From a virus: a DNA stretch of 39,420 bases. Both the position numbers and the translations under genes were made by a program. Positions within the stretch are counted from its first letter, which is position 1. Each line of letters starts with the position of its first letter. The stretch lies in IMG/VR virus record IMGVR_UViG_3300025594_000002; one strand, 5' to 3'. Positions 22,815 to 31,477 of this stretch are shown here, in pieces. The notes beneath the pieces were generated by a model, which was not told the DNA's origin, did not search any database, and saw only the letters and a program-made list of their open reading frames with translations.

Positions 22815-23212
22815 AAAAGCTTTTTTGCTTTGATGGCTTCGTCCTCATACATTTGATCAATGTCAATTAACATTAAATATAAAACATACGTGTAAGGCTG
22901 CGCATATGCAGAGTCATCAGATACAGGCCGCCAGCCAACACGATCACAAGCGTCTGCAATCTCACCAAGAGATAATGCAGAGTTGCACTGCTTAGCTAAT
23001 ACCCATAAGAGGATGGCCCCGTCAACGTCATCGATATGCTTACCAATAGCAGCCATCAAATCTAGTACAGAACCTTCACCGTTTTGGCGAACAACCCCCA
23101 TTACACCTTGCAATGTAGACCATAAGCCACGGCCAGTTTCGCGTTTAAACTCACGCTTAGCTGCCCAGGTTATTTTGTACTCATAGTCTTTGTAGCATAG
23201 TTGAAATTTCAT
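22787..23212 (-). CDS. Tail assembly chaperone (G-type).
   Basis: Lies between the major tail gene and the TMP. ATG 23212 immediately follows the major tail stop. The track's GTG at 23242 is an alternative start. Confidence 0.7.
   Translation of the reverse strand: MKFQLCYKDYEYKITWAAKREFKRETGRGLWSTLQGVMGVVRQNGEGSVLDLMAAIGKHIDDVDGAILLWVLAKQCNSALSLGEIADACDRVGWRPVSDDSAYAQPYTYVLYLMLIDIDQMYEDEAIKAKKLLCPSEEGQG
22820..22826 (-). promoter_or_regulatory. Programmed -1 ribosomal frameshift heptamer A_AAA_AAG.
   Basis: The minus strand reads GCA AAA AAG CTT in the zero frame, 11 codons before the G-type stop. Confidence 0.7.
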
Positions 23213-23213
23213 A

Positions 23214-23624
23214 TTAGGCTGGTGGTGTGTAAACGTAAGCACCCGAAGTGCTGATAGTCAGTGACATTTGAGGAATGCCGTTTAATGGCGCTGCATCACT
23301 ACGGCCTGAAATAGACCATGTATCACATTGCCAAGATTCGCCACCGGTGCCAGTCTCAACAATGCCTGCTATTTGAGTGCCGTTCTCAATCGCGTTTTTA
23401 AGCGTTAATTGATCAGCCTCTGCTAGTAATGTAAATGAGCCTGCAAAAGTGATTTGCTTGCCTGCAACAAAGCCGGCTAGGTACTCAATATAACCGCCTG
23501 ATGCCTTGTTAGTAATTTCAACGGGTGCGCCGTTCATTGTCATAGTGCCGTCAAGTTGACCAGAGACAACAACCTCAGAGCCACTAGCGCCCATTTTTAA
23601 TACGTAATCGTTTGAACCTGCCAT
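23214..23624 (-). CDS. Major tail protein.
   Basis: 136 aa, beta-rich. Lies immediately upstream of the chaperone pair. Resembles the TP901-1/GTA-type small major tail proteins. Confidence 0.65.
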   Translation of the reverse strand: MAGSNDYVLKMGASGSEVVVSGQLDGTMTMNGAPVEITNKASGGYIEYLAGFVAGKQITFAGSFTLLAEADQLTLKNAIENGTQIAGIVETGTGGESWQCDTWSISGRSDAAPLNGIPQMSLTISTSGAYVYTPPA

Positions 23625-23638
23625 TTTGAAGCCTCTTT

Positions 23639-24058
23639 TTAAATAATTGTTAAGTAGTCAATTGATATATCACGCTTAAACCAAGACTCGTTTTCTGAGC
23701 CTGAATTAACCGTTGATTCTAAAATGCATACAGTTTGTGCATTATACACTGTCACGCTGTTATATTGAAACCCTGCCAGTATATCATCTATAATTTGTAG
23801 CTGGTCATTGTCATAGTTACCGCTGTTCAGTTTAATAAATACCGTGACCTGAAATATTCCACGCTGCTCTTGCCCTGCATTTAACTCTTTACCGGTTGAA
23901 TCACTGGTTGCTGGGATAAAATAAGCGGCAATGTATTTGCTCTTGCTGGTCGGGTCAAAGTCGTTATTCTCAAAAGCAATGTCAGCCGATGTAATACCAG
24001 TTATTGGAGTGGCAAGTAGCTGTGTAATCAATGCTTGTTTTGTGTCTAAATAACTCAT
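23639..24058 (-). CDS. Tail terminator / tail completion protein.
   Basis: 139 aa, assigned by position. The FENNDFDP...YIAAYFIP...GIFQVTVF pattern resembles DUF4128/DUF3168-type proteins. Confidence 0.45.
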   Translation of the reverse strand: MSYLDTKQALITQLLATPITGITSADIAFENNDFDPTSKSKYIAAYFIPATSDSTGKELNAGQEQRGIFQVTVFIKLNSGNYDNDQLQIIDDILAGFQYNSVTVYNAQTVCILESTVNSGSENESWFKRDISIDYLTII

Positions 24059-24528
24059 AATTGCCTTATCTTTTTAGCCATTGCTTTTAGTGTTTTACGT
24101 ACCCATCCGTCAGGTGCAACTTGCTTGCTGAACCCACCAGTTGAACGCACCTCATAGCTTTTTGACTTCTTAACCCATGTGCCTTTTTTGACTGGATTGG
24201 GATAGCCACCATATTCAAGCGTCTCAATGTATGGCAAATTATTGGTGAAGAATATTTTTTGATTCATCACTCTTTTTGGCATCTGCCTAATTGACCGTAT
24301 CGCACCAAGGCCCTTGCTCTTACTGGTGGTTGAATTACCCGAAGCTGCACCGATGGTTAAAAACCAGTTATTACGCGCCCTGCCTTCATCAACCGGCGTA
24401 CCTAAAACAACATTGTAAAGCCCTTGAAGGTACACGCCCCTAACATCATCATTAGCTGCTAGGTATCTTTTCTCAATGGCCAGGTCAACGTTTTTACGCC
24501 CTTTAAGTGGCATTACTGCGCCCTGCAT
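24055..24528 (-). CDS. HK97 gp10-like neck protein.
   Basis: 157 aa. TPVDEGRARNNW motif, assigned partly by position. Confidence 0.55.
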   Translation of the reverse strand: MQGAVMPLKGRKNVDLAIEKRYLAANDDVRGVYLQGLYNVVLGTPVDEGRARNNWFLTIGAASGNSTTSKSKGLGAIRSIRQMPKRVMNQKIFFTNNLPYIETLEYGGYPNPVKKGTWVKKSKSYEVRSTGGFSKQVAPDGWVRKTLKAMAKKIRQL

Positions 24529-24878
24529 TGTGTTATGTATGCTAACGGTTCAGCAGATGGCGCTTTTATATCCACATTGATTACAATGTATTCAGCGCCA
24601 GCTTGCCTGATAATATCATTCTGGTTTATCTCATTATCTGAATCACTAACCAGTTGACGGTCACCAACTCTGATATTCACATCAGTCAGCCCTTGCTGGT
24701 ACGATTTAAAAATTGCATTAGGCAATAATATAATTGTTTCAGTTGTTGATGGTGCTAATGGCGTGCCGCCTTGCGTCTTTCTAACCAGGTAGATTTTAGC
24801 ATCAGCGGGAGAGCCAACCGCAATAGCAGCCTTGGCAAGTCCAGCTTTTACTTTAGCTTGTATACTTGCAGCACTCAT
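24513..24878 (-). CDS. Head closure / head-tail joining protein.
   Basis: 121 aa, assigned by position in the connector module. Confidence 0.4.
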   Translation of the reverse strand: MSAASIQAKVKAGLAKAAIAVGSPADAKIYLVRKTQGGTPLAPSTTETIILLPNAIFKSYQQGLTDVNIRVGDRQLVSDSDNEINQNDIIRQAGAEYIVINVDIKAPSAEPLAYITQCRAQ

Positions 24879-25678
24879 TACACGCGCACCATCATATTAT
24901 TTGAGCCGTTGTTTCTCATCAATGAATCGAGATATGCGTCGGCCTTATCGGTTCTGACTTGAGTCCAACCGCCACCACTAAAATATGTTTCAGAATAAAC
25001 ACCGTCAACATTAAAGCTGGCTAGGTTTTGCACCTCGCCTGATACTAACAAACTTGATTCATTAGCTTGTAGGGCCAATTCCATTTGGGCTTTTTTAAGG
25101 CTTTGCGGTATGGCATCAGATGCAACATTAAACCCATTAGAGCAAACACCCCTGCGCGGGTATGGCAAATCTTGCTCGGCGCTAACACGACTACCTTTTA
25201 ATTCTTGCTCTTTGCTGAACAAGTAATCCATAGCGAGCACCAACAACGCTTCTCTATCAGGCTGTGTGGCTGGTAAATCAATATTGCGAACATTCGCATA
25301 GCTATTAAACTCTGCATCGGTAGCGAAGCTGTTAGCACCATCAATAATACTTCCATCTTCAATGACCAACTGAGTACCAATAGCAACTACAATTTTTTCA
25401 GAATTACCTAACGCTTGACTGGTAATGTCAGTACCGTTAACGCTTGCGCCGTCAATATAAGTGACGGTAGCAAACACTTTTCCGGTTTCAGCGGTTGCAG
25501 ACAAGTCTAAGCTAAGTTCTGTTGCGCTGCTTACAACAACCAATGTTGGATTGCTTGCTTTGCTATAAGTCTCCGCACCAAAGGTAACTAGAATGTCAGT
25601 AGCTTGCGTTAAATCAATGCCGGTAAATACAAATACGACTTTATTGTCTTTATTGGGTATTACTAAATTTTGTGGCAT
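24878..25678 (-). CDS. Head-tail adaptor (gp6-like) with an N-terminal Ig-like extension.
   Basis: 266 aa. C-terminal half ...REALLVLAMDYLFSKEQELKGSRVSAEQDLPYPRRGV resembles connector or DNA-packaging adaptor proteins. Confidence 0.45.
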   Translation of the reverse strand: MPQNLVIPNKDNKVVFVFTGIDLTQATDILVTFGAETYSKASNPTLVVVSSATELSLDLSATAETGKVFATVTYIDGASVNGTDITSQALGNSEKIVVAIGTQLVIEDGSIIDGANSFATDAEFNSYANVRNIDLPATQPDREALLVLAMDYLFSKEQELKGSRVSAEQDLPYPRRGVCSNGFNVASDAIPQSLKKAQMELALQANESSLLVSGEVQNLASFNVDGVYSETYFSGGGWTQVRTDKADAYLDSLMRNNGSNNMMVRV

Positions 25679-25682
25679 TGCT

Positions 25683-26234
25683 TTAGTTCTCGTTAAAAAT
25701 TAATGAATAAACACCGAGCGCGGTGCCCGACCCGCCCAACTTTGAAAATGATAAATAATAAGTACCAGCGACTAATCCTCGCCTACCTTGCGCACCAGCA
25801 AAAACAGTTGACCTTTGCGCCGTTGCGGATGCCGATAAGGCATTTAAAGTTTCAACCGCAGTTTGACCCACATCTGGGGTAAAGCCCCCGCCTGTTGTGA
25901 TAGATACTTGTTGGGTGTAATCAGTGACGGTGCTTTGAATGTTATTTTTGTATGCTGGAACACCTGTATCATAAATGCCTGTTTCCGCACCTTGAGCGCT
26001 TCGGTAAGCCTCAAAAGTTATTCCGCTTTGATGAGTCTCTAAGCTTTGCGCTATCAATTCAAAATTTATTGGACTTTCAAATCTTAAAACGACTGGTGCG
26101 CCATCATCCACGGTTAACGGTAAGCTTATTCTAAATTGAGTGCCTAAAAAATACCCTGGGTCACCTTGCTCAACTTTAAGCCGCCTTTTGGCCCGTATTT
26201 CTGATGTCATCAAGTCAATAGGTAAGTATGGCAT
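25683..26234 (-). CDS. Hypothetical head-associated protein.
   Basis: 183-aa ORF after the capsid gene. Confidence 0.55.
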   Translation of the reverse strand: MPYLPIDLMTSEIRAKRRLKVEQGDPGYFLGTQFRISLPLTVDDGAPVVLRFESPINFELIAQSLETHQSGITFEAYRSAQGAETGIYDTGVPAYKNNIQSTVTDYTQQVSITTGGGFTPDVGQTAVETLNALSASATAQRSTVFAGAQGRRGLVAGTYYLSFSKLGGSGTALGVYSLIFNEN

Positions 26235-26389
26235 TAGGCTTTCTTGCTTTTGCGCTTAGCTTTTGGCTTTGCAGGTTCATCTAATTTAGGGGAAGGATCA
26301 AACTTGGCATCTATAACTTTGAAGCCTTGCTTGTTTAGCTCTTTTTTTTCTTCAATGCTGATTGGCATTTTAACGTATTTAATTTGCAT
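26234..26389 (-). CDS. Small Lys-rich protein (51 aa).
   Basis: I chose the start at ATG 26389 (AGAGG upstream) because the longer track ORF would include the capsid terminator hairpin. Confidence 0.45.
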   Translation of the reverse strand: MQIKYVKMPISIEEKKELNKQGFKVIDAKFDPSPKLDEPAKPKAKRKSKKA

Positions 26390-26401
26390 ATTAACCTCTG
26401 G

Positions 26402-26424
26402 ATAAAAGGGGTCTTTCGACCCCT
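26402..26424 (-). terminator. Rho-independent terminator or attenuator after the major capsid gene.
   Basis: The minus strand reads AGGGGTC-GAAA-GACCCCT-TTTAT: a 7-bp perfect stem with a GNRA loop, 8 nt after the capsid stop. Confidence 0.7.
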
Positions 26425-26431
26425 GCATTAA

Positions 26432-27400
26432 TTATACGTCTGCGCTACCTACTAGCAAAGTGCCAAGCGTGTGCTTGTTCTCTGTAACTGCTTTATCCCA
26501 GTTAGTGCCTGTGAATAACTCAGCGTCGGTAGGTGATGCGCCACCGTTCGCAACGTCCCAGCCATAACCTTTAAGCTTAACGCCAAAGGTATAGTCAGCC
26601 TGCCAAGTGGTCTCTATACGCTGGTTGCCGTTCGTGGTTTCCATGTTAGAAACAATATCACTTGAGTTGTCAACGATAATACCACCTGAAGTAACAGACA
26701 ATACCTTGTCTTTGTTTGGCGTACCGGCTTCATACAAAGCAGGGATATCAGAAATAACAACCAACTTACCGAGAATGTCCACAACTTGAACATTGGTAGA
26801 TAAGAATAAACGATTGCCATTGGTGATAGCCTCAGCAACTAAGCGATGGTAAACGTCGCCAGTCATAACATCAGCGGCAAGGATCGAACTCATATCACCG
26901 AACTTACGATGTGAGTTATTTAATCCGCCCTGAGTAACACCGGCAGAGCCAGATACATCGTTAACCAGAGCTGCTACATTCTCAACAGCCGCAACCGCAC
27001 AACCTACAGCAGTGTTAAGCTGGTCAGCTAGTAAGGCATCAGCAAAGCCACTAGCAATGGCAGTAATTGCCGCACCTGGGTTTTGTTGTAAGTAAGTCAT
27101 TTGAGCAGGCTCAAAGATTACAGGGCCGAAACCACCAGCCACTTTAACGCCAACCATTTCACCTTGAGTTAGTGCTGTTGCTGCTTGCGTAGCGTTAGCT
27201 GCATAACGGTCAACTCGACGCTGTGCGCTTGCTATTTGATTAAAGAAAGATTCTTTTGAGAAATCACCGCGAAAAGTTGCAGCGTTAAGCAAAATTGAAC
27301 CACCAGAAGCCGCATTAAACATGTCAATCTTCTGCCCTAGCAACTCGATTGTATTACCTACAATCTCATCGTTGTAAACCTGCATATTAGTTAAAGCCAT
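26432..27400 (-). CDS. Major capsid protein.
   Basis: 322 aa, directly after the scaffold gene and followed by a strong terminator. Confidence 0.75.
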   Translation of the reverse strand: MALTNMQVYNDEIVGNTIELLGQKIDMFNAASGGSILLNAATFRGDFSKESFFNQIASAQRRVDRYAANATQAATALTQGEMVGVKVAGGFGPVIFEPAQMTYLQQNPGAAITAIASGFADALLADQLNTAVGCAVAAVENVAALVNDVSGSAGVTQGGLNNSHRKFGDMSSILAADVMTGDVYHRLVAEAITNGNRLFLSTNVQVVDILGKLVVISDIPALYEAGTPNKDKVLSVTSGGIIVDNSSDIVSNMETTNGNQRIETTWQADYTFGVKLKGYGWDVANGGASPTDAELFTGTNWDKAVTENKHTLGTLLVGSADV

Positions 27401-27404
27401 TGTT

Positions 27405-28022
27405 TTAAGTTCCTAATCTAGTATTAATATCGTGTGCCCGTTTCTCTTCCGGCGTCATGTTGTTACCTGAGCCTGAAACGTTTTTAGTGCCTGTAGAGTC
27501 ACCTCTGGCGTTGTCGGGCGCTAAGCGCACCGCTTTCCCGTGGTCAGTGTCAGACCACTCTTTAATTGCATCGCTTAGCGGTTTATCCCCAATGACGACT
27601 TTGCCGTCTACTAGTTGCGCTTGCTGCCTAAAGTACGATGTGACGTACTCGCTATGCAGTGGATTAACACGCGCCTCAGTCAATGCCTCTGAAAGGCTTG
27701 AACCGATTAACATGCTGCGCTCTTTTTGCTCAAATAAACCAACCTTTTCTGATAGCTCGTTTATTTGTTTTGTGTATTTGTCAGTAGTTAAAGCCAATGC
27801 TTCATCATAATTCTGCTTTGATTCCAATTCCTTTTGCTGCTGCAAGGCCTCCAATGCCGCCAGCTTTTCAACAGCCGATTGGTTTTCGCTGGCTACTGTT
27901 TTGGTCTTAGAGAGCTTTTCTTCAAGTTCGGTTTTCTTGTTTATTAGCCCGCTTGCCAATGCGTTGATTTGATCGATAGCATCATCTGCGGTTAAATCTA
28001 TTTTATCTAGTCCGTTTAACAT
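27405..28022 (-). CDS. Scaffolding protein.
   Basis: 205 aa with a coiled-coil-rich sequence, immediately upstream of the capsid gene. Confidence 0.65.
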   Translation of the reverse strand: MLNGLDKIDLTADDAIDQINALASGLINKKTELEEKLSKTKTVASENQSAVEKLAALEALQQQKELESKQNYDEALALTTDKYTKQINELSEKVGLFEQKERSMLIGSSLSEALTEARVNPLHSEYVTSYFRQQAQLVDGKVVIGDKPLSDAIKEWSDTDHGKAVRLAPDNARGDSTGTKNVSGSGNNMTPEEKRAHDINTRLGT

Positions 28023-28135
28023 GTTAAACCCTTGGGGTAAGTTGAGCGCTTAGCGCTAATATTTAGTTTACTATTTTATCATTATGGGCTAGGCTCTTAC
28101 ATATGGGCGATTTGCCTATGCTTATGGGGTAGAAA

Positions 28136-28300
28136 ATGAAGTGTAAATTCACAGAGATAATCCACGGCAAAGGCTGGACGGTGTGGGATGCCTGCAAGCA
28201 TTGGGGTATTCGGTATGACGTATGGCGCAGGAAGTGCCGTAATACTAAGTTAGAGGCTCAGCTATTGAGCATGTGTAAAGGTTTGGAGGATAGAAAATGA
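28136..28300 (+). CDS. Small basic Cys/Trp-rich protein, possible HTH (moron gene 1).
   Basis: Hand-translated as MKCKFTEIIHGKGWTVWDACKHWGIRYDVWRRKCRNTKLEAQLLSMCKGLEDRK. ATGA coupling to the next plus-strand ORF. Confidence 0.45.
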   Translation: MKCKFTEIIHGKGWTVWDACKHWGIRYDVWRRKCRNTKLEAQLLSMCKGLEDRK

Positions 28301-28674
28301 ATAGTTTTGAATTGAGATGCCCGCCAAAGGATATTTGTTTCCAAGAGTGGGGTTTTGATTGGAGCGAGGAGGAAGAGTTAGCGGTGTTCGAATTTATAGT
28401 TTCTATTGGGCTTGATTTCGACTTACCATTTAAATCTAAAAACCCTCTAGACTTACAAATAGACCTTGGTATTTTTGAGGACGGCTCAGAAAAAAACCCA
28501 TCTTTAACTATCAACATGTCGGATTTCATTCTTTATGAAATTGAAAACGTTGATAACATTGGCGGCGATTTATCAAAATTAAAAGCGATAAGGAGTGAGT
28601 TGGCTATGCTAGTTGATAAGATAGACTCAAACATAGTAAGGCTTGATGAAGAATGGGGGGATCCAAACGAATAG
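28297..28674 (+). CDS. Highly acidic 125-aa protein (moron gene 2).
   Basis: GGAGGA lies 8 nt upstream of the ATG. The sequence is rich in D/E. Opposite strand to the head operon. Confidence 0.6.
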   Translation: MNSFELRCPPKDICFQEWGFDWSEEEELAVFEFIVSIGLDFDLPFKSKNPLDLQIDLGIFEDGSEKNPSLTINMSDFILYEIENVDNIGGDLSKLKAIRSELAMLVDKIDSNIVRLDEEWGDPNE

Positions 28675-28678
28675 TTTA

Positions 28679-28801
28679 ATGATCGTATTAATATCAATAT
28701 TTGTATTTTTATTAATGCGCGAAGTTTTATGTTGGTATTTTAAAATAAATGCGAGGCTTGATGTTAGTAAAAAGATACTTGCTGAGCTAGAAAAATGGTA
28801 A
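28679..28801 (+). CDS. Small TM peptide, 40 aa (moron gene 3, tentative).
   Basis: Hand-translated as MIVLISIFVFLLMREVLCWYFKINARLDVSKKILAELEKW. No clear RBS. Confidence 0.3.
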   Translation: MIVLISIFVFLLMREVLCWYFKINARLDVSKKILAELEKW

Positions 28802-28895
28802 AGGATGGATCTATTAAACCATACCGCATTATTAAGACAACAAAGCGGTACACGCAAAAAAGCCATTACAAGTTATTGGAATTCCTAGCCAAAAA

Positions 28896-29996
28896 CTAAC
28901 CACCCCCAGACCTATCAAAAGCTAGCTGTAGCGACTGCTTTTCTCGCAATACATCAAGCGGTATCGGCTGAAACAATTCATCTAGTGTGAGCTTTTTGAA
29001 TCTATCAGCCGTTAACCCGCCATCGAGAAACAACTTGCCGCGCTCCTTGCCTAGTACGTCCATAACAAAAGCCCTTCCCTTTGCGCCTTGCTCGCCTTGC
29101 TCTTTTAGCCATCCGTAGTAAGTGGTATCAGCATTAACTTGTTGTCCGCCCTCAACGCCTCGTGACGCCCTTGTATTTACGCTATCGTCTAATCTATAAC
29201 GTTCATCAAGCACTGGGGCTGTGGAGCTTCTACAGTTAGGATGCGCGGGAGGGTATTGCTTATTCTTGTCGCTATTCTTAAATATCTTTCCGTCTAAGCC
29301 TTTACACGTTGAGCTTGTGCGGCTATCTAATGTCGATATCCACTCGTACCCTTTAACCAAGTCGTCGTTATCGTCAAACGTTGCTTGCCTAGCTAAATTA
29401 CTTGTGTGGTTGGTAGCCGTTCTGACCATTGTTTTAATTGAGCTACGCACCTGGTTATCTAAGTAGCCGCCTTTGCCAGCAATATCTTGCGTAATCTGGT
29501 TATTGGTACGGCCTAAAATAAAGCCTGTCCGAATAATATCCTCAACCTTTTTAATTTGGTTAGCTTCCCAGCCTTTAACAAAAGAACCCAACATTGCTAC
29601 GCCATTGCCATCAGGGAACACCAAAGGCGTGCTATTAACTGCTGCTGCTATTTGTCCAGCGCTAGGCACTGTCAAACTTACCGCTGTAGATTCAACTGCT
29701 GAGTTTAAACTAGCAACCTGCCAATTGGCCTCATCACCGCCAAACTCCTTGAGCTGTTTCATTAGGATATCGCTGGTGTATTCACCATAAACAGCTATAG
29801 AAGCCTTGCGATAATCGGCCAGCATTCTGTTAATGCGTCTAATGTCTTTTGTCTCAGTCGGGAAATCTATCAGCGCAAGTTTTAATTCGCGCTGCAGTCT
29901 TTTCAGGTAAGGATCGAATAGGTTAGCCAAATATCCCGCATAACGTTGAACATATACAGCATGACGTGATGCTTGCTGTATGGTTAGGTCGGTCAT
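28896..29996 (-). CDS. Head morphogenesis protein (SPP1 gp7 / Mu F-like).
   Basis: 366 aa with a PPAHPNCRSS motif, directly after the portal gene. Confidence 0.8.
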   Translation of the reverse strand: MTDLTIQQASRHAVYVQRYAGYLANLFDPYLKRLQRELKLALIDFPTETKDIRRINRMLADYRKASIAVYGEYTSDILMKQLKEFGGDEANWQVASLNSAVESTAVSLTVPSAGQIAAAVNSTPLVFPDGNGVAMLGSFVKGWEANQIKKVEDIIRTGFILGRTNNQITQDIAGKGGYLDNQVRSSIKTMVRTATNHTSNLARQATFDDNDDLVKGYEWISTLDSRTSSTCKGLDGKIFKNSDKNKQYPPAHPNCRSSTAPVLDERYRLDDSVNTRASRGVEGGQQVNADTTYYGWLKEQGEQGAKGRAFVMDVLGKERGKLFLDGGLTADRFKKLTLDELFQPIPLDVLREKQSLQLAFDRSGGG

Positions 29997-31426
29997 TCTG
30001 GCAATTCACCCATGCCAGTATTAGCATTACCAATCAACGCCTGTTCATCTTCTGCGGTGCGCTCAGTGCTGGCTATCTCACCACGTTGTAAATTCTCGTA
30101 GAAAGTATCGTAACTGATAGCGCCCGATTGCCATGTAGCAAGTAAGGCCGTTAAGTCTTGGGCGCTCATACCAGTTGGATTGTAATCAGTGTTTAGTGAA
30201 TAAACGGCCTCTTCTGAGCTTCCCATCCACATAATAGCGAAGTTGATTGCCTTGGTTAGCGCCTCGCTTACTGTGATAGCCACGTTAGCGGTTGTTGAGT
30301 TTTGTGCAACTTGGTCTAGGCTTTTCGCTTCCGCGCTCTCTGCGCCACTCTGACGAGGTTTTAACGCTTCCGCACCTAATGCCGCCATTCGCTGCTCATC
30401 GTCTTGTAGAGATATGCGTAATGCGTCACTGTTGCCGTCTGGTTGTAATATTCCAAACGTTGCATCGCTGGAAACATTCGACCATTTGACGCCGTTACCC
30501 ATGAGCATGTTTTGCCCTTGTTGCGCACCTGTTTCGTACCAGATAATAAATGAGCTAAAATGGTTTTTACTGTTGTAATCAGCACTAACCTGGTAATGAT
30601 GAAAATTCATATCAACTAGGTCATTCAATACGCTTTTATTCTCTGCGCCAACTTCGATAAAGTAAAACGGTATTTCGTCCGACATGTTGCCGTTGATGAT
30701 AACAGGCATTACTTCCTCGACTAATGCGCCACCATCATTGTATAGCGACTGGTGATATACGCCGTCGATTAGCTCTAATACCCTGTACTGGTCTTCGCAT
30801 TCAACCTTAAAGCCTTTACGCTTTGTAACCTGCTCTTTTAGGACGACCAAAGACAACTTCTCGACATTGTTGATTACTTCATAATCCCAATTAATAATTG
30901 ACTCGTATTTATAATGCAGGATTTTAGGACGTAGATTACTCATCTCAACGTCTAGCTGGCTAGCGCCTTGCGGCGTTGATGGTCTTGCGACTAACAAACC
31001 AGAGCGGGGCGCAATGAATGCCTCGGTTGATGCCTTTTTAGCTAATGACCTAAGCGTATTACCCTTGCTGTCTGCGTTTTCTTTTAAGTAATCAACGATT
31101 GCAGGTAATTCGCAAACAGCCTCTTTAGAGAATATTAAACCTACCAAACCGTCTGCCGTTCTGCCAGTTGCACCATAAAAAGAGGCTAGCGCTTTATACT
31201 TGGTATAAGCTGCTTGACCCTCAAGTGTTAAACCTGATTGCTGATTAATAATGGTCATGCCGTTCTGGTCGTCGTATGACGTATCGCAGCACATTGATGC
31301 TAATGGTGGTAAGAACTTAACGCCTGCGCGTTTGACTTCACGCTCACCGGCCACCGCTGCGCGGTTACGCTCAACGTCTGGTAGGTAGTGAGTGTATTCT
31401 TCTCTAGGTTCTGTTACTTGGGTCAT
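29993..31426 (-). CDS. Portal protein.
   Basis: 477 aa, between TerL and the MuF-like gene. Confidence 0.75.
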   Translation of the reverse strand: MTQVTEPREEYTHYLPDVERNRAAVAGEREVKRAGVKFLPPLASMCCDTSYDDQNGMTIINQQSGLTLEGQAAYTKYKALASFYGATGRTADGLVGLIFSKEAVCELPAIVDYLKENADSKGNTLRSLAKKASTEAFIAPRSGLLVARPSTPQGASQLDVEMSNLRPKILHYKYESIINWDYEVINNVEKLSLVVLKEQVTKRKGFKVECEDQYRVLELIDGVYHQSLYNDGGALVEEVMPVIINGNMSDEIPFYFIEVGAENKSVLNDLVDMNFHHYQVSADYNSKNHFSSFIIWYETGAQQGQNMLMGNGVKWSNVSSDATFGILQPDGNSDALRISLQDDEQRMAALGAEALKPRQSGAESAEAKSLDQVAQNSTTANVAITVSEALTKAINFAIMWMGSSEEAVYSLNTDYNPTGMSAQDLTALLATWQSGAISYDTFYENLQRGEIASTERTAEDEQALIGNANTGMGELPE

Positions 31427-31477
31427 TATTAAGCCTTTGGATTATAAGTTTATCGGCTTAACCGAATTATTTTGACA

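Noticed and set aside
28245-28866. Minus-strand ORFs 28245..28529 and 28627..28866, which would keep the head operon on one strand.
   Set aside because: They have low-complexity S/N/K-rich sequences and no Shine-Dalgarno. The plus-strand ORFs have a GGAGGA RBS and ATGA coupling. Strand-specific RNA-seq would settle it.
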